Origin: an uncultured Actinomycetota bacterium
Lineage (GTDB): Bacteria > Actinomycetota > Acidimicrobiia > Spongiisociales > UBA5794
NCBI GenBank assembly: GCA_963700375.1
Contig: CAVOXF010000002.1
Location: forward strand, 198,041 to 262,040
Reading direction: 5' to 3'
Length of the DNA: 64,000 bases
The position numbers and the translations under genes are program-made. The notes beneath the pieces are model-generated. The model was given only the letters and a program-made list of their open reading frames with translations. It was not told the DNA's origin and did not search any database. The stretch's first letter is position 1. Each line of letters opens with the position of its first letter. Positions 49,255-57,958 of this stretch are shown here, one piece after another.

Positions 49255-50715
49255 ATGACCAACCTCGCCGATCTCCCCTGGCCGGCCGTGAAGACCGATA
49301 GTGGCGACGCCGGTCTTCTTGAGCGTGCATGGTCGCCCGAAGCCTTTCATGTGCTGGCGAAGCCGACCGGCGCAATCTGCAATCTCGGCTGCTCGTACTG
49401 CTTCTTCCTGGACAAGGAGGAGTTGTACGAAGGGAGTCGCTTCCACATGTCGGACGAGGTGCTCGAGCGCTACATCCGGCAACTGATCGAAGCCCACACG
49501 ACTCCGGTGGTGACCGTTGCGTGGCAGGGTGGCGAGCCGACGCTGATGGGCCTCGACTTCTTCCGCAGAGCCATCGAAGTCCAGGAGCGGTACCGCAAGC
49601 CGGGGATGACGTTCGAGAACACCATTCAGACGAACGGCACCCTGCTCACGGACGAGTGGTGCCAGTTCCTGAAGGAGAACAACTACCTCGTCGGCATCAG
49701 CATCGACGGACCGCAGCCGCTCCACGACGTGAACCGGGTCAACAAGCGGGGTGAGGGCACATTTGACAAGGTCATGCGGGGCCTCCGCCTACTCCAGAAG
49801 CACGAGGTGGAGTACAACGTGCTGACGACCGTGAACTCCGAGAACGGAGCCTTCCCGCTCGAGGTGTATCGGTTCCTGCGCGACGATGTCGGCACGGACT
49901 GGATGCAGTTCATCCCGGTTGTTGAACGCGTCGACGAAGACGGTAAACCGGCGTTCCTCGACGGAATGCATGCGTCGGAGCGATCCGTCGGGCCGGAGCA
50001 GTTCGGCCGATTCCTCAGCGTGATCTTTGATGAGTGGGTGCGCAACGACGTCGGGTCGATCTACGTCCAGACGTTCGAGGCGACGGTCCGCAACTGGATG
50101 GGCCTCCCATCGTCCGGTATGTGCGTGTTCAACGAGACGTGCGGTCTTGGTGTTGCGCTCGAGCACAACGGCGACCTCTACTCATGTGATCACTTCGTCG
50201 AGCCCGAGTTCCTGATCGGGAACATCGGCGATACCGACATGGGCGACCTTGTTGCGTCGAAGCGCCAGTACGAGTTCGGCATGGACAAGCGGGACCTGCT
50301 GCCCCAGTACTGCATGGACTGCGATGTCCGCTTCGCATGCCACGGGGAGTGCCCCAAGAACCGGTTCGTCGAGGCGCCGGATGGCGAACCGGGCCTGAAC
50401 TACCTGTGCGCCGGCTTCAAGGACTTCTTCCACCACGTCGACGAGCCCATGCGGGTCATGGTCGAAGCGATCCGCGCCGGCCAGACGGCCTCACCGGTGA
50501 TGGCCTACATGGCCAATCGCGACGCCGCATTTGAAGCATCGGTTTCGAGGGCGGGGCGGAACGATCCGTGTCCGTGCGGGAGTGGCGCAAAGACGAAACG
50601 ATGTCACGGTGCCCGACGGCAGGAGTTGGCGGAGCGCCCGCAGATGCCGAGCGGGCCGGGACGCCCACGAGCGAGAGTCGGAAAGCGAAGCGAGGAGCAA
50701 GGAGGCTCGTCATGA
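49255..50715 (+). CDS. Anaerobic sulfatase-maturating enzyme (radical SAM/SPASM) with a C-terminal SEC-C motif
   Basis: CNLGCSYCF (CxxxCxxC) near the N-terminus and Cys-rich SPASM-like region (CDHF..., CMDCDVRFACHGECPKN). The C-terminus carries NDPCPCGSGAKTKRCHG. Confidence 0.88.
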   Translation: MTNLADLPWPAVKTDSGDAGLLERAWSPEAFHVLAKPTGAICNLGCSYCFFLDKEELYEGSRFHMSDEVLERYIRQLIEAHTTPVVTVAWQGGEPTLMGLDFFRRAIEVQERYRKPGMTFENTIQTNGTLLTDEWCQFLKENNYLVGISIDGPQPLHDVNRVNKRGEGTFDKVMRGLRLLQKHEVEYNVLTTVNSENGAFPLEVYRFLRDDVGTDWMQFIPVVERVDEDGKPAFLDGMHASERSVGPEQFGRFLSVIFDEWVRNDVGSIYVQTFEATVRNWMGLPSSGMCVFNETCGLGVALEHNGDLYSCDHFVEPEFLIGNIGDTDMGDLVASKRQYEFGMDKRDLLPQYCMDCDVRFACHGECPKNRFVEAPDGEPGLNYLCAGFKDFFHHVDEPMRVMVEAIRAGQTASPVMAYMANRDAAFEASVSRAGRNDPCPCGSGAKTKRCHGARRQELAERPQMPSGPGRPRARVGKRSEEQGGSS

Positions 50716-52187
50716 CCAAACGCCCGAACATCCTCATCCTGTGGGGTGACGACATCGGTTGGTTCAACATCAGCCACAACAATCGCGGAATGATGGGGTA
50801 CGAGACGCCCAACATCGACCGTGTTGCCCGCGAGGGGATCGAGTTCACCGACTACTACGCCCAGCAATCCTGCACGGCTGGTCGTGCGGCCTTCATCACC
50901 GGCCAGAATCCGGTGCGGACCGGACTCACCAAGGTAGGCGTTCCGGGAGCGGAAACCGGGCTACAGGCGGAGGATCCGACCGTTGCCGAACTCCTCAAAC
51001 CACTCGGCTATCGGACCGGCCAATTCGGCAAGAACCACCTCGGGGACAAGGACGAGTTCCTTCCCACGAATCACGGATTCGACGAGTTCTACGGCAATCT
51101 CTACCACCTGAACGCCGAGGACGAACCCGAGCATCCGGACTACCCGAAGGACCCGGAGTTCCGCGAGCGCTTCGGACCCCGTGGTGTGATTCACTCGTTT
51201 GCCGATGGTCGGATCGAAGACACGGGTCCGCTCACGAAGAAGCGAATGGAGACCATCGACGAGGAGATGACGGACCGAGCCGTGGAGTTCATCCGCGAGG
51301 CCCACACCGCCGACAAACCATTCTTCGTCTGGTGGAACGCCACACGCATGCACTTCAGGACGCGTTTGAAAGACGAGTCGGTTGGACTCTCTGGGCAGGG
51401 GGTCTACAACGACGCGATGGTCGAACACGACGGATTGGTTGGTCGGATGCTCGACATCGTCGACGAGTTGGGGATCGCCGAAGACACCATCGTCGTGTAC
51501 TCGACGGACAACGGACCACACTTCAACACCTGGCCGGACGCGGCGATCACGCCATGGCGGAGCGAGAAGAACTCGAACTGGGAAGGCGCCTACCGGGTCC
51601 CCTGTTTCGCGCGTTGGCCGGGGAAGTTCCCGGAGGGTGTCACACTCAACGGAATCGTGTCCCACCAGGAATGGCTTCCGACCCTTCTGGCGGCGGCAGG
51701 GGAACCCGACATCGTCGCCAAGTTGGAGTCGGGGTACCGGGTCGGTGACAAGGACTTCAAAGTGAAGATCGACGGCTACAACTGCCTGGACTACTTCACC
51801 GGAGCGACAAACGAATCGCCCAGAGACTGGTTCTTCTATACGAGCGATGACGGCCTGATTACTGCAATCCGCTTCGGCGACTGGAAGGCAGTGTTCTACG
51901 AGCAGCGAGCCAAGACGATGCAGATGTGGGCTGAGCCTTTCGTGGCGCTCCGCTTGCCGAAGATCTTCAATCTCCGCAGGGATCCCTTCGAGCGCGCAGA
52001 CGAGAATGCCAATACCTACTGGGACTGGATGCTCGACCACGCGTTCATCATGTATCCAATGCAGGCCCTCGCCGCCGAGCAACTGCAGTCGTTCCGTGAG
52101 TTTCCACCCCGACAGAAGCCGGCCGCATTCAACCTGGACTCGGTGCTGGCTTCATTGGATGACGCGAGCGGAGGTGGCCTCCACTAG
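50712..52187 (+). CDS. Cys-type arylsulfatase, no signal peptide
   Basis: ATG 50712 (AAGGAGG upstream) forms an ATGA overlap with the anSME stop. Product MTKRPNILILWGDDIGW...QQSCTAGRAAFITGQ (C-x-A-x-R formylglycine motif). Confidence 0.9.
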   Translation: MTKRPNILILWGDDIGWFNISHNNRGMMGYETPNIDRVAREGIEFTDYYAQQSCTAGRAAFITGQNPVRTGLTKVGVPGAETGLQAEDPTVAELLKPLGYRTGQFGKNHLGDKDEFLPTNHGFDEFYGNLYHLNAEDEPEHPDYPKDPEFRERFGPRGVIHSFADGRIEDTGPLTKKRMETIDEEMTDRAVEFIREAHTADKPFFVWWNATRMHFRTRLKDESVGLSGQGVYNDAMVEHDGLVGRMLDIVDELGIAEDTIVVYSTDNGPHFNTWPDAAITPWRSEKNSNWEGAYRVPCFARWPGKFPEGVTLNGIVSHQEWLPTLLAAAGEPDIVAKLESGYRVGDKDFKVKIDGYNCLDYFTGATNESPRDWFFYTSDDGLITAIRFGDWKAVFYEQRAKTMQMWAEPFVALRLPKIFNLRRDPFERADENANTYWDWMLDHAFIMYPMQALAAEQLQSFREFPPRQKPAAFNLDSVLASLDDASGGGLH

Positions 52188-52200
52188 GCACTCGCCGTTG

Positions 52201-52234
52201 GTTTGGGGGCGGTATCTCTGTTTCGCCCCCAAAC
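52201..52234. terminator. Perfect 11-bp G/C hairpin after the sulfatase gene (possibly bidirectional)
   Basis: GTTTGGGGGCG-gtatctctgttt-CGCCCCCAAAC, starting 14 nt after the TAG at 52185-52187. There is no U-tract. Confidence 0.6.
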
Positions 52235-52371
52235 CGGCCTCTGCCACCAAGAGTCCGGCGAATCAACTTGGACACAGTTCACCGGGAGGTCGTTGCCGCT
52301 CACTTCGAAGTCCTTGCACGTGAGGAACACATCGTTGCGGACCCCAGTCAAGGAGCCAGTGGCGAAGAACA

Positions 52372-52896
52372 CTACGAAGACCGTTCTGACGGTGACCTTG
52401 GAGGGCCGGGCGAGATCACGGAACTGAAGGCACCGAGGTCGAACGCCAGTATGAAGGTCACGCTGGCGCTCCCGACCGAAATGAACAGCGTGGCTCGCTC
52501 CGCAGGCGTCCCGTAGCGGTTCGCGCTGTCATCGGTCTGCCCCGGGGTACCCGTCTGTGCCTCCGAGTCGAGGCGGCAATGCTGGCACGTGGTGCCCGGC
52601 GGCGCGTGCAGTCGGTGTGCCGGAATCGCGTCGTTTCCGTTCAACCCCGGGGAGTCGGCGTTCCCCATGCAACGACAGCAGCTCGGATGCGGCTCGCCCG
52701 CTGAGAACAACTGGTGACTAGTGCGTTTGGTGGCGGCGAGGTTGGTCCTCGTGCAAGCGCGACAGATGCCGATGTATGGCAGATGAGCAACCGTCCGACT
52801 CTCAGCCGATGGACCCGAAAAGCCGGGGCAGCCACGGCAGATCATGAGCCAAGGCCGTGGCGGTCGGACCGCACTTTGGGGGTTCACCGATGACAT
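52372..52896 (-). CDS. Hypothetical Cys-rich (4x CxxC) protein with one C-terminal TM helix
   Basis: CRGC-x21-CRAC and CCRC-x27-CQHC are followed by LFISVGSASVTFILAFDLGAFSSVI. No convincing RBS; the likely start is ATG 52843-52845 (MICRGC...). The plus-strand ORF shares its wobble positions, so GC3 does not discriminate between them. Confidence 0.3.
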   Translation of the reverse strand: MSSVNPQSAVRPPRPWLMICRGCPGFSGPSAESRTVAHLPYIGICRACTRTNLAATKRTSHQLFSAGEPHPSCCRCMGNADSPGLNGNDAIPAHRLHAPPGTTCQHCRLDSEAQTGTPGQTDDSANRYGTPAERATLFISVGSASVTFILAFDLGAFSSVISPGPPRSPSERSS

Positions 52897-53078
52897 TCTT
52901 GACGATCGGCAACAAGACCGACGACGGGTATCTCGAGCGGACAGCGCACCGCCTGCGCACGATGGCCGAGCGCACGACGGGTCTCAACGGGGCAGACCCT
53001 GTTCGGGTCCGCGAGCGCATTGAGCACATGGACCGCCACGCCCGACGGAACGAGGCGCTCCCTCACACGGCTGCGTAG
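52890..53078 (+). CDS. Small ORF 1 (62 aa), paralog of small ORF 2
   Basis: MTFLTIGNKTDDGYLERTAHRLRTMAERTTGLNGADPVRVRERIEHMDRHARRNEALPHTAA. A GGGGG tract lies 8-12 nt upstream. Third-position GC is about 80% by hand count. Confidence 0.4.
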   Translation: MTFLTIGNKTDDGYLERTAHRLRTMAERTTGLNGADPVRVRERIEHMDRHARRNEALPHTAA

Positions 53079-53277
53079 CGCGCTTCGCATTCTTCCATTC
53101 GTCACCGCGCCGGGCGACGACTCTGGTAACTAGTCCCTCGGACACCCGATGAGTTGTGTCTGACCGGAGACAACGAATCCGGGCATACTGGCATTCACAC
53201 AGGGCGGAGTGATCCGGCCGACCGTGGGGGTCGGCGACTCGGGACACCCGTCGGTCGGGGACTTCAAGGAGTGGGGA

Positions 53278-53472
53278 ATGCGGACGTTCTGGTCCAAGAA
53301 GAACGATGAGGACGCTGAGCGCTATCGCGAGCGAACGGTCGGTCGACTCCGCGGTCTGGCGAGCATCGAAGTCAAGGAAGACTCCTCGCAGGCGGATCAG
53401 ATCCGCGCCCGGATCGAACGCATGACGACTGAGATGGCCAACGAACCAACACCGGGCGTTCCAGCCGTCTAG
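53278..53472 (+). CDS. Small ORF 2 (64 aa), paralog of small ORF 1
   Basis: MRTFWSKKNDEDAERYRERTVGRLRGLASIEVKEDSSQADQIRARIERMTTEMANEPTPGVPAV. AAGGAG lies 7 nt upstream of the ATG. It shares M.TF, ERT, RLR and R.RIE.M with ORF 1. Confidence 0.45.
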   Translation: MRTFWSKKNDEDAERYRERTVGRLRGLASIEVKEDSSQADQIRARIERMTTEMANEPTPGVPAV

Positions 53473-54467
53473 CCGAATCCACCGATCCCGCGGTGCGGGA
53501 TCTGACCAAGCCGTCCCGCCTCGTAGTCCTCGTACGCCGCGACCAACTCGGCCCGCGTGTTCATCACGAACGGTCCTGCCCACGCGATGGGCTCTCTGAT
53601 CGGTAGGCCGCCGAGCACGAGGACATCCATGTCGGGGCTGCGCGACTCCTGTATCTCGTTCGCGCTGATCGTCACGCTGTCCCCGGCGCCAAAGACCGCA
53701 AGGTTGCCCGGCTCTGCAGGATGCCGCTCAACGCCGAAGGATCCGTGCCCGTTCAGCACATACGCGAGCGCGTTGAAATCCCGACGCCACGGGAAGTGAA
53801 GTCGAGCGCCCGGACTCAAGGTTGCGTGGAACATCGACATAGGAGTGTGGGTGGCCCCCGGCCCACGATCGCCTGCGAGGTCGCCCGCGATCAGCCGCAC
53901 CAACGTTCCTCCGTCGGGGGTGGTGAGCAAAGTGACTTGTTCGGCGTTGAGATCCTGGTACTTGGGAGCTAGGAACTTGTCCGATCGCGGAAGATTCACC
54001 CACAGCTGGAATCCGTGGAAGAGTCCGCCGCTCAACACGAGTTCCTCTGGCGGTGCCTCGATATGAAGGATCCCCGAACCGGCGGTCATCCACTGCGTGT
54101 CGCCGTTGGTGATGACCCCGCCGCCGCCGTGCGAGTCCTGGTGCTCCATGGTGCCGTCGATCATGTAGGTGACGGTCTCGAACCCGCGGTGGGGATGCCA
54201 CGAGGTGCCTTTCGGCTCTCCCGGCGCGTACTCCACTTCACCCATCTGGTCGAGGTGGATGAACGGATCGAGATCCGCGAGGTCGACCCCCCCAAACGCA
54301 CGGCGAACCGGGAACCCCTCACCTTCGAAGCCGGTCGGTCCCGTGGTGACGGACCGCACGGGCCGATCGACCGAGTTGGGCACCGGCGGTCCGATCCGGG
54401 GCAAAACGAGCGTGTCGTCAACGGTCACGGCTGGCACGGTGTGTCCTTTCGGCGGGTCGGTGTACAC
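53469..54467 (-). CDS. Pirin family protein
   Basis: 332 aa with WHPHRGFETVTYMIDG and a bicupin layout. Confidence 0.9.
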   Translation of the reverse strand: MYTDPPKGHTVPAVTVDDTLVLPRIGPPVPNSVDRPVRSVTTGPTGFEGEGFPVRRAFGGVDLADLDPFIHLDQMGEVEYAPGEPKGTSWHPHRGFETVTYMIDGTMEHQDSHGGGGVITNGDTQWMTAGSGILHIEAPPEELVLSGGLFHGFQLWVNLPRSDKFLAPKYQDLNAEQVTLLTTPDGGTLVRLIAGDLAGDRGPGATHTPMSMFHATLSPGARLHFPWRRDFNALAYVLNGHGSFGVERHPAEPGNLAVFGAGDSVTISANEIQESRSPDMDVLVLGGLPIREPIAWAGPFVMNTRAELVAAYEDYEAGRLGQIPHRGIGGFG

Positions 54468-54538
54468 AACACATTCGGTGCTGCACCAATTCCGGACGTC
54501 GGGACCACCCGCTCCAGGTTGCGCCGCGGTCGGTGGAC

Positions 54539-55687
54539 CTAGCTCGCCGCATCGGCCGGTGCGCCGGCGCCGCTCGTGGTGTCGTCGTTCGGGCCGCGAT
54601 AGACGACGTCGTAGCTCTTCGTGAAGTTCGACGCGAACGACATGATGAGCGCCGCGACCGGCAACGCCATGAACGCGCCCATCGGGCCGGCGATGGAGCC
54701 ACCGGCGAGTGCCGCACCGAACGCAACGGCACCGTTGAGGGCCATCGTCTTCGAACTGATCTTTGGGCTCAACCAGTAGTTCTCGACTTGCTGGTAGACG
54801 AGCGCGTACCCGAGGACGACGAGGGCAGCGACCCAGCCCTGGATTGCCAGCGTGACGAGGACCGGGATGGCTGAGCCGATGTACGTCCCGATCGCCGGGA
54901 TGAACACGGAGACGAAGCCGCCAAATATCGCGAGCGGGAGGGCGAGCGCCACCGGCATGCCGACCAGGACCATGGTGAAGAAGAACCCGGTGCTGTTGAT
55001 GAGCATCAGCAGCGTGCGGGAGTAGAAGTAGCCGCCCGTCTGCTTGATCGCCTCATCCCACGTCCAGCCAACCCGCTGCTGGGACTCGGGGCTCATGTGC
55101 GAAAGCACGGTCCGCTGGAAGCGAGGGGCGTCCGCGGTGAAGTAGAACGTGAACATGGCGATCGTGGCGACGTTGAAGATGAACGCCACACCGGTCGTCG
55201 CAATGCCGACAATGTTGCCGATCGCGCCTTTCGCCCAGTCCTCAACGAGCTGGCTCGTGCTCTGCGCAATGTCCTCTCCGGTACCGGGCGATGGAAACTC
55301 CACACTGAAGGTGTCAGACAACCATGTGCTGCCCTTGGCGATCCATTCGCTGCCGCTCTCGCCGATCGCCTGGGCGAGTTGGGCGATCGCGGGGATGAGA
55401 ATGAGGATCATGAGCGCTCCGGCGAGGAAGCCGATGCCGTAGATCGCACCGACGGCCGATCCTCGGCGCCACCCGTATCGCTGGACACACCAGTTCACGG
55501 CGGGTTGGAGCGCCAGGCTGAAGAAGAACGAGAGGACGAGCATCCACAGCAGGCCGCGCATCTGCCCCATGGCCCAGAGCGCGCCGAGGGTGAGCAGCAC
55601 CGCCCCGATCACCTGCCAGATCGTCTTCCCGGTGAGCTGAATACGCACGACCGGCTTTGAGCCGTTCTTCGACACCATGTCTCCCAT
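54539..55687 (-). CDS. AI-2E family (PerM/UPF0118) transporter
   Basis: Polytopic protein with family-typical organisation. Start taken at ATG 55685-55687 (MGDMVSKNG...); 55678 and the track start 55762 are alternatives. Confidence 0.8.
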   Translation of the reverse strand: MGDMVSKNGSKPVVRIQLTGKTIWQVIGAVLLTLGALWAMGQMRGLLWMLVLSFFFSLALQPAVNWCVQRYGWRRGSAVGAIYGIGFLAGALMILILIPAIAQLAQAIGESGSEWIAKGSTWLSDTFSVEFPSPGTGEDIAQSTSQLVEDWAKGAIGNIVGIATTGVAFIFNVATIAMFTFYFTADAPRFQRTVLSHMSPESQQRVGWTWDEAIKQTGGYFYSRTLLMLINSTGFFFTMVLVGMPVALALPLAIFGGFVSVFIPAIGTYIGSAIPVLVTLAIQGWVAALVVLGYALVYQQVENYWLSPKISSKTMALNGAVAFGAALAGGSIAGPMGAFMALPVAALIMSFASNFTKSYDVVYRGPNDDTTSGAGAPADAAS

Positions 55688-55815
55688 CGGTCGTCGCGAT
55701 CCGTCGGTTGTCGCCGCGGATCCGGTGCCATTGTGACGGCCGAGTGGGCCGATGCAGCGCATTTGACGCCCCGGGGGCGAGTACCGTCGAGGGCGACCAC
55801 GGACGGAGGCGCTTG

Positions 55816-56706
55816 ATGTCGGATCAGATCGGGTTCATCGGACTTGGAATCATGGGAACGGGGATGGCTCGGAATCTCCTCGACAAGGGCCACGTCGTCG
55901 TGGTGTGGAACCGAACGGGCTCGAAGATGGATCCGTTGGTCGAGGCAGGCGCCACGGCGGGGGATTCACCGGGCGACCTGGCACGGCGCTGCCAGATCGT
56001 GATGGTGTGCGTCTCGGACACGCCGGATGTCAATGCCGTTCTCCACGGCGAGGGCGGTTTGCTTGAAGGCATCTCCGAGCGTTCACTGGTCGTCGACCAC
56101 TCAACGATCAGCCCGGGTGCGACGGTTGAGTTCGCAGCCGAGGTAGAGGCTCTCGGGGGCGCATGGATCGACGCTCCGGTGAGCGGTGGCTCCGAGGGGG
56201 CGGCGAAGGGCACGCTTTCGATCATGGTCGGCGGGTCTGACGAGGACGTTGCTCGAGCGACGCCCGCTATGGAGGCCTTCGGCACGACGATCACCCACGT
56301 AGGACCGGTCGGTGCCGGCCAGAAGGTGAAGATCGTCAACCAGATCCTCGTCGTGGTGAATCAACTCGCCGTTTCCGAAGCGCTGCTGTTCGCCCAGGCG
56401 GCCGGCCTTGACCTCTCCGCAACGCTCGACGCGGTCAAGGGCGGAGCCGCGGGGTCGTGGATGCTCGCCAACCGGGGACCCCAGATGATCGAGCGTGACT
56501 GGCGGCCCGGGTTCACGATCGACCTCCAGCAGAAGGACCTGCGGCTGGCCCTCGAGGCGGCCGATGCTGCCGGCACCCCGCTGCCGGGTACCGCGCTCGT
56601 GTTTCAGCTCTACCGCGCCCTTCAGAACGAAGGCCTCGGCCAAGAAGGCAACCACGCCCTCGTGAAGGCCCTCGAGAAGATGTCCGGGATCGAGATCGGC
56701 GCCTGA
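55816..56706 (+). CDS. NAD(P)-dependent 3-hydroxyisobutyrate / tartronate-semialdehyde reductase family oxidoreductase
   Basis: ATG 55816 (GGACGGAGG upstream). Product MSDQIGFIGLGIMGTGMARNLL... has the Rossmann GxGxxG motif and family-typical length (296 aa). Confidence 0.88.
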   Translation: MSDQIGFIGLGIMGTGMARNLLDKGHVVVVWNRTGSKMDPLVEAGATAGDSPGDLARRCQIVMVCVSDTPDVNAVLHGEGGLLEGISERSLVVDHSTISPGATVEFAAEVEALGGAWIDAPVSGGSEGAAKGTLSIMVGGSDEDVARATPAMEAFGTTITHVGPVGAGQKVKIVNQILVVVNQLAVSEALLFAQAAGLDLSATLDAVKGGAAGSWMLANRGPQMIERDWRPGFTIDLQQKDLRLALEAADAAGTPLPGTALVFQLYRALQNEGLGQEGNHALVKALEKMSGIEIGA

Positions 56707-56711
56707 AGCCG

Positions 56712-56738
56712 GTCCCCCCGGCCGAAGGACGGGGGGAC
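56712..56738 (+). terminator. G/C-tract hairpin directly after the reductase gene
   Basis: GTCCCCCC-ggccgaaggac-GGGGGGAC: 8-bp stem, starting 6 nt after the TGA at 56704-56706. There is no U-tract. Confidence 0.5.
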
Positions 56739-56862
56739 GCGGAGGAGCGCAGCGACGACGAAGGGGGGCTTCGGGGGCAGAAACCTGCGGATGAGGCCAT
56801 TTGGCGGGCGGACGGTGGGGGCGACTACCACCGGGACGGTGGGCGCACCTACACTCGCCTGC

Positions 56863-57931
56863 ATGACGACTGAGCAACCGGCGGCGGCCCCGGCACCGCA
56901 GAAGTCGAGCAAGACCAAGACGATCGTCGGCGGGATCATCACGCTGATCGTGCTGGTCCTCGTCTTCGGCATCGTGCTGCCGCAGATTCGGCGACTACGA
57001 CCAGGCCTGGGCGGCGATCCAGGCCATGTCCGCGCTCGCTCTGGGCATCTTGTTCGTGATGACGGTCTTCAACATCATCGCGTACGTCTGGCCATATCAG
57101 GCCGCCCTGCCGGACCTCACCTACAAGCCGGCATTCACGATCCGGCAGACGTCGTTCATGATCAGCAACGTCATTCCGATGGGTGGCGCATTCGGCATCG
57201 CGGTCCAGTACGCCATGTTGAACTTCTACAAGATCGGGGCGGCGGACGCGACGGCCGGCATCGGGATCGTGAGCGCCTGGAATACCTTTGTCACGCTCAG
57301 CCTGCCGATCTTTGCGGCGGTCGGTCTGGTGATCATCGGCCAGGCACAGGGCATGGCATTCGTCGTCGCCGTGGTCGGGCTGGTCGCCATCGCCGTCGTG
57401 GTCTTGCTGGTTGCTGCAATTCTGCGGAGCCCGGACACGGCCCGGAAGGTCGGGCAGTGGGGCGACGGCGCCGTCAAGTGGGCATACGGCTTGTTCAAGA
57501 AGGTTCCCGGTTTCAGCGTCGTGGACGAAGTTCTTGTGTTCAGGTCGTCGACGGTCGACGTGGTCAGCCACGGGTGGCTGAGGATCACGGCGACGAGCTA
57601 TCTCCAGCAGTTCATGCAGTTCCTGATCCTCTGGGCGGCGATCTTCGCAATCCAGGGAGCCGAGAACGCGCCGGTGACGTTCCTCGAGGCGTTTGCCGCA
57701 TTCGCATTCGGCCGGCTCACAACCTTCATCCCGCTGCCTCCGGGCGGCCTGGGAACAACCGATGCGGCGATCACGGGCATCCTCGTGGGATTCGGTGCCG
57801 CCAACAACGATGCGCTGGCGGCCGTCATGGTGTGGCGTGCGCTCACCTACTTCCCGCAGGTGTTCATCGGAATCGGAACCTACCTCTACTACAAGGCGAA
57901 GGTGGGCAAGGCCCAGGCCGCGTCAGCCTGA
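56863..57931 (+). pseudogene. Flippase-like / lysyl-PG-synthase TM-region family membrane protein with a +1 frameshift near 56987
   Basis: ATG 56863 gives MTTEQPAAAPAPQKSSKTKTIVGGIITLIVLVLVFGIVLPQI. The sequence continues one frame over as (F)GDYDQAWAAIQAMSALALGILFVMTVFN... to 57931 (track ORF 57026-57931). Both segments have high third-position GC. Confidence 0.6.
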
Positions 57932-57958
57932 ATGCTGCCGATTCGATGTACACGGAGT

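Noticed and set aside
52268-52516. 82-aa plus-strand ORF in the sulfatase-pirin spacer
   Set aside because: It has an acidic low-complexity translation and no RBS. It shares wobble positions with the opposite Cys-rich ORF, and neither frame can be confirmed from sequence alone.
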